From Haliotis rubra (lineage: Eukaryota), in assembly GCF_003918875.1 (NCBI RefSeq), contig NW_025767019.1, positions 992,001-1,056,000 of the forward strand: DNA of 64,000 nt, written 5' to 3'. This document shows positions 26,607 to 38,600 of this stretch, piece by piece. A program made the translations under genes and the position numbers. Every line of letters starts with the position of its first letter. The first letter of the stretch is position 1. The notes below the pieces were generated by a model. The model was not told the DNA's origin. It saw only the letters and a list, made by a program, of their open reading frames with translations, and did not search any database.

Positions 26607-29600
26607 ATGGTGCGTACACGTGGTTTTGTATTTTTCCTTAACAAAATTAGGTTTTAAGCTACCCCTAACATTGTAGGTTGATAAATAATAGGATATTTCT
26701 TTAACATCGATCTTACAAGATGTATCTTTACATGAAATACAACAGTAGCCGCCTTGACATCACCGAAACTAGAACCCTTTCGGGAGAAAACTTAATATCG
26801 CAGTGTTGTGGCCATGAATGTCGCGACTGCAAGCCTTGTAGATTGTTTAACATACTCGTTTATATGTACAACATCCCTCGCTGGGTGACGGCAGGCATTT
26901 TTCGAGAATGTTAGTTTATATGAAATATTTTTTTAGAAGAATCTGTACATCATATTACTTGGCTTGCCTTCTGTGTATGTCAGCTCAAAGCATCTGTGGG
27001 CCGGGTACAGATCGCAAACAATGCTCAAAGTACCCTCAGTGGATGCATCAGGTTCCTGTGACTGACACACTCGTCTCTGTGTGTACCCTCTGTTCTCTAT
27101 CATTATGTTAATGAAAATATGTCGAAGCATCGCATGAATGCGTTTAGAAGTGAGATACGTGTATAAGTAGGTGTTAAACAACCAAAGGCATCACTATAGG
27201 TTTACGAAATGTGTCCCAAGAAATATTATTTAGTAGTAGAAAATACATAGTTGTTTGGGTAATAGTAGTTGTCCATTTATCATGCGCATTTCTCCATGCA
27301 CATTTCTCCATGCACACTGCATGCTCGAAACGCCCAAACAATCTGATTATTATTACCCTGGATAACCAAAGCTGCCTGTGAGGCGCTAGAAGGTTAATAG
27401 TTACATGACTTACCCCTCCGGGTACCCATTTTCTGCTGAGTGAACAGAGGCAGTTTTGAACAAACTAACTTGCGTAAGGTGAGATAATGATAAATTGTTT
27501 TAGATGTTTTCAGTATATCTAATCATTTACTTTGTCTGTATTTTCAGTCATGAAACTAGTTATAAGTTTCTCTAATAAACAGGCAATATTAAATGGGACT
27601 GAAATTGGGAACTGTCAGACATATTAGTATACACCTATGGACTCCAAATGCTTACCGGTACTTAGCATTCTGATGAAAGCACAAGAAATAGACCTAAAAC
27701 ATGTAAACTGTTGCTATAAACAGTACAGAAATTGTTGTTGACATTTAATGACAAATAGCAGTTCCCTTTGAACTATTTCTGTGCAGCGACAAGTCGACAT
27801 CAGTGCCATTTATGGGGAGCAGCACAGAAATACAGATACTGTGACTTGCTTATAACATGTGTCAGTTCCTCTCTATAAATGCCTATCACAGACTGAAAAT
27901 GAGTAAACACTTCAAAAGATGAAGTGAAATTAAAACATACATTTTTGTGCTGATGCATCAAGTCAGAGGTAACTGTAGATCAGGGAGTAATTTGAAATAT
28001 TAATCTTAATGAAATAATTATCGTGTATGTTACAGTTGTAAATCAAGTCTTGTCTTTCTTGGTTAAACTTTCAATAAGCTTTTACCATGAATAAGGTATC
28101 ATCTTAGCTTGAGTATGGTGAATGTTCAAACATTATGAAGTATTTTGACGTCATTGTAGCAATGAGCACTGTTGAAACTGTAACAGATGTCATGTTAAAA
28201 AAATGTAACAATTAAACACTGATCTGATGAGCAATAAGATACTATTTGCTGTTTAAACTTTGACTTCAAGGATTCATGTAGACTGGCTCAAAATTTCTGT
28301 TATTGTAATCACAAATTTTCAAATTTATATTATATGATATAGTAGGGCTGCAACGAATACACTTTGTGGCAAATATTATCACGGATCATGAATATTGGGT
28401 AACGAATATGAATAATTATTCACGGATACAATATTGTAGTCAAGTGATTGATGTACAATATGGAACGCCCATGTTGACAGTTTTGATTTGTCACAGCAAT
28501 AACCAGTGATCTCATGACACTCAAATTTGGTATGTAATAGTTATAGTCGACAGTACTATGTGCGGCCTTGGCAAACTAACATGACTTACTCTACTGCAAT
28601 GCTAAAGTACTGTCGGAAATAGAAAAAAACTGTATTTTTTCATTTATCTCTACAAGTTATGTAGTTGATATGTGCAAGTGTGAAATATCTGCTAAACTAA
28701 GTTCGGCCTAACTGCAGTCTCCGTGGTAGGGACATAGGAAACGTAGAAAAAGGACTTTACTGAGGAGAGATTAGTGCAGAAATGAGCAATGCAGGTTTTT
28801 TCTAAGTCCAAAACGATTTATTTGAAACAGACCATGGCTTTATGCAAATTAGTGTGCGACGATATTGTATTACAAAGGACACTTTTTAAATGCCCAATTT
28901 GAAATTAGACGTAGCTTCATTATAAATGATAGCTGGTGTAAAAAATAATAACTTTCATGCTGAAGCTATTAAGGATGTAGCTACCATGGAGTCTCACTAT
29001 CACTATAAAAAGAAACAGATAGGAGGGTTCGTCCCAAAGCAAAACCTGGACGGGTGTTGCAGACGATCGTTGGGGTCGGGCTTAGGGGATAGAGATATCA
29101 GCTAAGATGAGATAATCCTTTATGGCAATTATACTGGGGAAATACACGGCATCTCATAGCAATTTACAAATATCCAGTCCTGTCGATCTTCGCCATCGGG
29201 TGGTCATGCCACCTATATATTGAGACATTTATTGAGACATTTAATATGATGCATTTCTATGGTTATCAGGTATCATACTCTTTCACATATCTCAACATAA
29301 ACTTTATGAAAGAAAGGCACTTAAGATGTCAATCAATAGATGAGGCATAGTCAACACACATGAATAAGCACAAAATATCTTTGCGATGACCCCTTGTGCC
29401 TGTAGGCAGCACATGCATTTCATGCCAGGTGAGTCGACTGTCCGTCGTCATACCTGGCTGAGCGACCTAATTGCCATCTATAGTCTGATCTATTGTTTTC
29501 AGCAGCTATTCGTATTTTTTCTAAGTTTTGCCCAATTTTACGAGTAAACATGCTTTTCTGGATATCCTATTACGCATCCCACTGAACGCCAAGTTAGGCC

Positions 29601-32600
29601 GAAGTGGGTTATTTCGACATATGCTATTTGCAGTTGTGTAAATTTTAGGGAAACAGAGTAACAGCCTAAAAACAGTCTTTTTCTATTTCCGACAGTACTT
29701 TAGTACATATTCTATTCTTGCATATCTCACTTTCCAAAAGTACACATGGGTTCAAGTAAACCATGCTCCCTTAAAAAAATCGTAAAGATTCGTTAATATT
29801 CGGTTCTGGTGACCACGAACAACGAATTGAATTCATGAAGGGCTACGGTTCGATTCACCAAATATGCGAGTGAATCGTTACAGCCTTATGATATAGACTT
29901 ACGTTATGGCTCTGCAGACATGACTTGAATGCCCCTGACTAATTTGATCAAAATAACAGTCTGTTCCCAAACTGCTTTCCAAGGGCAGTAAGTTCAGAAT
30001 CCTGGATAGATTCCTTGACTAATTCTTGTGTTATGAATTGCACTCTTCATCAATTTATCAAATAATTCACTTTTAAATTTACAATTAACAAATCAATAAT
30101 CAGTTCATGTGTTGATAATGAATTAACAGCTATCAATGATCAGAAATAATTGAGTGTCAAAACAGTCTTTCTACTCATACTGTCGAACCATTGGTTTACC
30201 TGCTGGTGGGTGGTTTGCATTTGCATGCTTGTCTGACAGGAAAACCTTAGAACTGCACTCACCCACTCAGATTCAGTCTCACCTGTAATTCTCTACTTAC
30301 AATGCAGGCACAGAGTCTGTACACGCTGTTCGAGCATGCCTCGGGGTATGGTCTGTTCCGTGTACGGGAATTCGAGGAAGTGGCGATGTTGCAACCGCAA
30401 GTGGAGCAAAGTGTGACCGATCTGAGCAAATTCAACTCTATCATAAAACTTGTGGCCTTCTCCCCATTCAAAAGTGGAACCAATGCTCTTGACAACATAA
30501 ACAGCATCTCTGAAGGTGAGACAAAGCTGCATATGCATGAAACAGTGTAGACTTACAGACTGCTATTAAATGTCAGCTGTTTTTAGTAATGCAGGTTTTA
30601 AGAGTTTGAGATAGGATTTGAGATGATTGGGAGCTTGGGTTACATGAATCAAATGTCCGCTCATTTTATTTGTGATAATCATCTCCCAGTCTTAAAACTG
30701 GGGGTCATAGTTCAGTTGTTGGGGGGTCATAGTTCAGCTGTTGGGGGTCATAGTTCCGTTATTGGGGGTCATTTTTGCAACATCAGATTTAATATTGTTT
30801 ATTCTAACACTATTCTCTCATTCCCCTATAGGTGCTTTAAAATTCTAGTTTAGATATATATATACTATCTACTGAGTTGTTAAATCATAGTGTCCAATAT
30901 TTGTTATATATATTTTTTAAACTGATAAACTGAATAAGTGAATAAATCTATGCCCTCTACAGTGTCCTCACTACATTCACTACTTGCTCCACATCTATAT
31001 GCTCTCTCTTTGTACAATTATCCCCCACTTTTTTAAAACTTTGTTTTATAAGTTCTTTATTTTTGTTGCATTTATACATAGCTGCACATGTATATAATTG
31101 TCTATATAAACAAAAGGTGACAAGATGACCAGAATTTAGTAAATTGGTTAAGATGTCCGTACTTTTTTGCTGTGTATTTCATAAAGAAATAAAAGCATGT
31201 CAGTTCTTCCTGGATCATTTCAAAATTTATTCGTTTTTTATATGTTTTATTTTTGAAGATAAATTGTTTGCATACAATTATTAAAAGATTTATTGGTCCA
31301 AAATTTGGTAGCAGCGAGCCAAGAAGTACCGGTATATCTTTCTTGTTTAGTTTAATGTATAAATCGTCTTTCTGGTTGACCCATTTTTCAACTTGGGTCC
31401 AGATGGAACTCTTGTGTTTGCAATACCAGAACAGATGATCAACTATTTCACTTTGATTATTACAATAGCCACATAAATTGCTGTCAGTGTATCCCATTTT
31501 GAAAAGTAATGAATTTGTTGGTAGGATATGGTGAAGAATTTGATATTGAAACCATTGCTGTTTAGGATTTTGCAGGCATTTAGTTGGAATCACATTATAT
31601 TTTGTCTGTCGGGTTCCAGTATCCCCCATAGAATGTACAAATTATTATCATCATTCTGTATTATTGTCGACACTGAAAAAATAATGTTTTGAATGAAAAA
31701 TATGTCAGGATCGCAATGTTCATGTACATGTTATTATTATCATTATTATTAAGATTTTCTCTCTGTATTGTCAACACAGAAACAATAATATAATGATTTG
31801 AATGAAAAATGACTACATTTTTATTTACCGTGGGTACGTTTTCTCATGGGTTCATATTTCCATATGCACCGACTTCACAAAATGGCGTCTCGTTGTTGAT
31901 ACATTCAAACAGTGATCGTTGGGATATAAAAAAGAAAACAAACACGGGTTTCTAGAATAATGGTCAGTATGATCTTTATTAGATACTGTTTTCACCAAAC
32001 ATACTTACGTTTTACAACCAACTGCCAGATGTCTTGTGGTGTGAGTTGGCTGCGACCCATCGTGGGGGATCCAGTGCTCTTACTGTACTTCCTCAATATC
32101 AATGTGCCCTCTCTCTCGGTGTACAATATCCCCACTTTGTACTCTCTGTTCACTATGTATGGTCTCTACATATACAGTGCTCTTACTGTATTCTCTACTT
32201 ACTAGACCGGTGAAGGACCGGGTTAGAATTGATCTTCAGTAACCCATGCTTGTCGTAAGAGGCGACTAACGGGATCGGGTGGTCAGGCTCGCTGACTTGG
32301 TTGACACATGTAATCGGTTCCCACTTGCGCAGATCGATGCTCATGCTGATCACTGGATTGTCTGGTCCAGACTCGATTATTTACAGACTGTCGCCATATA
32401 GCTGGAATATTGCTGAGTGCTGCGTAAAACTAAACTCACTCACTCACTGTACTTTCTAAATATTGATATACTGTACACATACAATATCCACAATTTATAC
32501 TCTCTTAATGTACACTACTATTTTTGTGCTCTTCATATACAATGTCCTGCACTTTCTACATGAGCTGTATCCCCACTGTAGCCCCTCTCTGTACAAATAT

Positions 32601-35600
32601 GTGACAGGGCTGCTGCACGAGGACCTACGTCTGTTCCTGGAGACAAATGTTCCGAAAGCTGGCAAGAAGGAGAAGATAACTGTTGGTGTTGGTGATGCCA
32701 AGATTGGTGCTGCCATTTCAGAGGAACTAAGCATTTCTTGTTCACATATTGGTGTGGTGCCTGAAATCATCAGAGGTACGTTTCTGAGTCGAACTTTTAA
32801 TTCTAAAATCTGAAGTGCATTGAGACCCCATTGGGATTATGTTAGAATAGGTACCAAGTAAGTTGTTCTGGATATAAGATTTGACCAAGTGCAGGGGGTG
32901 GTCAGTTCACGTTGATTGTTTATCATTAAACAGATGGAGTGGATCACTGCTAACAATATCCCAGGATTGTGTGGTCCAGACTTGATTGCAGTACAACATG
33001 GATATAACAAACTCGTAGGGATCATAGTAATCTGTTTGTTGTGTCCATGGTTTGTTGTTCGGTAAATGTCTCCCCATGTTGGATTTCTTTACCAGTTACT
33101 TCAGATTTTAGAGGAAGGGTTCTTTGAGGAGTTAATTAATGAAAGAGACCAGTCTTATCTGCATTAAAATGTTCTCATACAGGTAAATGTTCACTCCTGT
33201 CTAGGGCTATAACGATGCATCAAACTATCGATGGATTGCAATTGTTGAGCCTCCGATAGCAATTAATTGATGGTCGGAACGAAAAACTATTGATGCATCA
33301 ATAGTATGTGTGACTATCAATAATTTAGTAATTGACTTCCATTGATAAATGCACAGAGCAAAATACAGGAAGTACCAGATTCATTCACTTTGATTTAGAG
33401 ATCTCCACCTCTGTTACCTCTTAAACAAACTTGATCTGGGTTTCAAGTTTCTTGTCAATTATTAAAAGAGACTGAAACTACTTCAGCTTGTTTTTATTTC
33501 ATATAAACTATGCATTCATTTGGGAAATGACTTCAAATGAGACAATTCAAGGAGAGAGAAAACAATAGACTATCACCTATTGCAATAGTTGTTTCCCCCT
33601 CAATAGTCACCCTTACTTCTGTCACTTGAAACCACTTGAAGACATCTTCAACATCCTTGCGACTTGCAGCTCTTAACTTCTTATGGGCTCGGTTAACTCG
33701 GTTAACTCGGTTGCAGTGCAAGCTTTGAGAACATTATTATCTTTGTTTCAGACAAATTAAACAGATATGAGATCGCAGCGACTTTCAGTGATAAAATCAT
33801 TTGACCACTTGAATCATTGTGAACAGTCCATGTCTGTCCATTTTCACAGGGATACGTGTCCACTTTCCCAGCCTTGTCAAAGGTTTGACTGACAAGTCTG
33901 CATCCAAAGCTCAGCTCGGCCTTGGGCACAGCTACTCCAGGGCCAAGGTCAAGTTCAACGTGAACCGTGTGGATAACATGATTATACAGAGCATTAGTCT
34001 CCTCGACCAGCTGGATAAAGATATCAACACCTTCTCCATGAGGATCAAGTATGTATAGCAAGAAATAGTAGTATCATTGTTTATTGAGATTACCAGTAAC
34101 ATGGCTACAGTAAAGTCAACTTTTCATTTTGAGGCCCAAGTTAGAAAGGTGTGTCAGTTCACTTTGCTGGTCATGAGAGTATAGGGTGACAAGTTTGGAC
34201 TGGGTGGTCACTGTATACCACTGTGCTGATAGGATTTGGATTGTTACTGGGGCTTCACATAATGGGTTGTCTGGTCCATTCTGGTTACTTGAATTATCTG
34301 AATCTGAATTTGCAGATTGCAGCATTTGTTGCTTTAGTGCAACAGTCATGATTGCTGGCTTTAAGCGATCATGTCTGTTGGACCTATTTAACATGTTATC
34401 CTCCTCTGACTTTGTTATTTATAATTAAGTGGGGCGGTGGGGTAGCCTAATGGTTAAACTGTTGGCTCGTAGCCTTATGGTTAAAGTGTTGGCTCATTTC
34501 TGGTGTCCCCGCATTGATGTTGCTGGAATATTGCTAAGAGTCAGTCCAGTTTACACAATTTCCAATCCCCACATGGGTACAATGTGTTAACAGCCCATTT
34601 CTGGTGAATCCCCGTGACCGTTTGATGTTGCTTGCAGAATATTGCTCAAAAGCAGCACTAAAACCAAACTCAGTCAGTCAGTATAATTAAATGTAGGGTT
34701 AATTAATTCCACGGAAGGGGATAAAACAATGTAGCTGTGACCCAATTAATATTGCTTAACAAATTGCTATTCGCAGAGAATGGTACTCGTACCACTTCCC
34801 AGAGCTGGTGAAGGTCGTACCTGACAACTACACATATGCCAAAGTCGTAAAGTTTATCCAGAGTCGCAAAGATTTGACAGAAGAGAAGAGTGAGGACCTG
34901 GAAGAGATTGTCATGGATGCTGGGAAGGTCAAGGCCATATTTGATGCAGCAAGGTCATCCATGGGTGAGTTGAGATGTCAGTATTTTCCATCAGTTGGAA
35001 AGGTCATGGCCTTGTTTGAATCTGCAAGGTCAGTGTGTAGGGTAATACAAAACACATTGTCTATAGGAAGCCAGAGGATGACTTTGATAATTCAGGGTTT
35101 GCCATTGAAAGTATGAGGATTGGTCCAAGTATTTCAACATTATGAAGGTCAAGGTCATCTATGAGACATTGTACTGTTTATCGTAATAAGCGACTAAGTG
35201 GATTGAAGGGTCAGACTCAGATGGGTGTCATCTTACCCGAACTGCCATTTTCAATGAATCAATCACAGGTTGCTCTGACTCATGCTCAATTATTTACAGA
35301 CTGCCCTCATACAGCTAGAATACTGCCGAGTCGTGCGTTAATATAGAAAATAATTCCAAGCATAGGAAGGGTTGGTACAGTTGTACTGGATTATTGACTT
35401 CCTGTGTATTATGTTTTCAGGAATGGACATCTCCCCCATTGATCTAATGAACATCTGCATGTTTGCAACACGAGTAATTGGATTGACAGAATACAGAAAA
35501 CAACTCTCGGAGTACCTGAAGACTAAAATGAGCTCTGTGGCACCAAATCTTGCCACTCTCATCGGTGAACAGGTATGCACTGATTCTTGAAGAGACAAAG

Positions 35601-38600
35601 GGCAATTGCACATTGTCATAATTTATCAACTTTGAAAGAACTTTCTTCTGTATTGTTACTAAAGCTGAACAATTTCTTTAAATACCAAAGATCACAAGTG
35701 GTCAGAGTCCTTGCAAATGAACAGATTTGACACCTTAATTATTTATCCATAGTGCCTTCTCCGAGCAATGGCCTTTAATCCTGTCTTTGAGCACCGACAT
35801 TAGTCCTGTCAGGAGTTATGGTACAGCTATGCAGCTCTCAGTTAAAGACAAATGTACATTTTATCTTGAATTAAGGCATAACTCACATGCAAAGATCTGG
35901 GTTAGAATTGGTCTTCAGTGACCCATGCTTGTCATGAGAGGTGACTAAGGGGATCTGGTGTTCAGGCTTGCTGACGTGGTTGACACGTCGTTTCTCAATC
36001 ATTTATCTGGACCAGACTTGATTATTAAAAGACTGCCGCCATTTGCTGAAATATTGCTGAAATATCAGAGTACAGCATTAAACAACAAGGAACTACATAA
36101 ATCAATAGAACTTGTATGGTGTGGTGGTTTGAGTGTCTGTCTAGAGAACTGATAGTCGATACTTCGTCCTGCATCATAGCTGAAGATATTGTACTTGCTC
36201 AGTCCTTGGCTTATTGTCGTGAAAGATAACCAATGGAACCAGTGTATGAAATAAGGCCTGTCCGACCACCGAGACGGTCTAGATTTCTGATGGATGGTCT
36301 AAATTTACAGCTAGCCAGCCCGATGGTCTGGTAAAAATTTAGATGTTCCATACATCTGAGTAAATTCACCATATTGGCGTGGTTAAATCCAATTTGGGCT
36401 GGTAACATTTTGAAGTTACCAGCCCTGATGTCTGGCTGGAGTTTGGGCTTATTTCATACACTGATGGAACTCTTGTTCCCCTGGCAGCATGGCGGGACTA
36501 AAACCAGCATTAGTTTCTCTGTCTCGACTAGCACACCCACACAGGTATGAACTGCACTATTTAATCATGGTGCAACAGTCTTGAACACAATGTCAGACCC
36601 CATTTGTCTTTACTACACTTGACACGATTCCATAATGTGTTGTTCTGTTGTCCAGGTTGGTGCCCGTCTGATCGCCCACTCTGGCAGTCTGACGAACCTG
36701 GCCAAGTACCCTGCTTCCACTGTGCAGATCCTGGGAGCAGAGAAGGCGCTCTTCAGGTAGGGTCTCTCATATCACTAGGCCTGTCCGAGGGGTTTCAGGG
36801 TACCTACTACCTCGTGAGTCTAACTGACGGGTCTCGGGAAAGGGAAAAGGCTCCCAACACTACTTTTCTGTCTTGCTAATGGTCTACAGGGTAGGCCCCC
36901 AGTACCCCTTGTCTGTCTGCTAGTGAGGAGTTCAGGACAGAATATGTGTAAAGTGATGGTATTTCCCAATGTGTCTAGACTGCCTCCGTGGTGTAGTGGT
37001 TAGAGCATCTGCCCGGAGAGCGGAAGGTCGCGGGTACGATCCCCCGACCACGTCATACCAAAAGACGTTAATATATGGTACTTGTTGGACCCTGCCTGGC
37101 TCGGCATTAATGGGTACAACAAGGACTGGTCGGCTCAGAGTCAGTATAATGTGTCTGAGTGGGGTATTCATGCTTCACTGCGGCATGGTATCTCAATGGG
37201 CTAGCACTATAAAACCAGCTTAAGTCTTGGCTAGTATAAGCAGCCGCACATACACATACACACGCATACACGTCGTCATATGAGCAAAATATTCTCATGC
37301 ACGACGTTAAACCCAATTTCACCACATATCACCTCACCTCCCAATGTGTCTGCCACAGTTACTTCATGTTTGATAAGTCCATCAAATCTTGATTAGTTTT
37401 AAAACTTTAGTGACCTGAAGTCGTGCATCTGTAAGTGTTTCATGTGGAGGGTTTTGGTTTCAGAGCTTTGAAGACTCGAGGAAACACTCCAAAGTACGGA
37501 CTTATCTTTCACTCCACCTTCATTGGTCGAGCTGGCTCAAAGAACAAGGGCAGAATATCTCGCTACCTGGCCAACAAGTGTTCCATTGCTTCCAGGATTG
37601 ACTGTTTCTCTGGTGAGAAATAAACCATGCTAACACACCCTAATATTCAAAGGGCCCGTGAAGATCCGGGGTAGAATTGGTCTTCAGCAACCCATGCTTG
37701 CCACATAAGGCGACTATGCTTGTCGTAAGAGGCGACTAACGGGATCGGGTAGTCAGGCTCGCTGACTTGGTTGACACATGTCATCGGTTCCCAATTGCGC
37801 AGATCGATGCTGATGCTGTTGATCACTGGATTGTCTGGTCCAGACTCGATTATTTACAGACCGCCACCATATAGCTGGAATATTGCTGAGTGCGGCGTAA
37901 AACTAAACTCACTCACTCACTAATATTCAAAGAGTCATAAGTATATGCTAATAGGTTTGTTCAGTAAGGTTATGGAACCATTGCGGATCCTGTTCGGATA
38001 CAGGTTTGGAATGGGCTCCTTGTAACCTAGTCTTGTCTTGAGAGGAGACAAGTGGATTAGTTATCAGGAAATTACATCTTCAACCTGACTGAGATTGTAG
38101 GGGGTTGTAGGGTAGCTGAGAGGTTGTAGGGGGTTTTGGGGTAGCTGTGAGATTGTAGGGGGTTTCTGGGTAGCTGTGAGATTGTAGGGGGTTGTGGGGT
38201 AGCTGTGAGGGGGGTTGTGGGGTAGCTAGCTGTGAGGTTGTGGGTAGCTGTGTAGCTAGTTGTAGGGTGTTGTGGGGTAGCTGTGTGATTGTGGGGTAGC
38301 TGTGGGATTGTAGGTGGTTGTGGGGTAGCTGTGAGATTGTAGGGTGTGGGGTAGCTGTGAGATTGTAGGGGGTTGTGGGGTAGCTGTGAGATTGTAGGGC
38401 TGTTGTGGGGTAGCTGTGAGACTGTAGGGGTTGTGGGGTAGCTGTGAGATTGTAGGGGGTTGTGGGGTAGCTGTGACATTGGGGTTGTGGGAGTGAGATT
38501 GTGGGGTAGCTGTGAGATTGTAGGGGGTTGTGGGGTAGCTGTGAGGTTGTAGGGGGTTGTGGGGTAGCTGTGAGACTGTAGGGGTTGTGGGGTAGCTGTG

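Noticed and set aside
30302-30307. ATG at 30302 as the NOP56 start
   Set aside because: It lies within a good acceptor (TTCTCTACTTACAATGCAG), so an upstream ATG-only exon is more likely. Not fully excluded.
35750-35862. Possible H/ACA snoRNA in NOP56 intron 6 (GTGC..GCAC stem, ACATTA box, second hairpin, ACA)
   Set aside because: The first hairpin is weak, pocket-to-ACA spacing is off, and I could not find an rRNA target. It needs snoGPS or Infernal.
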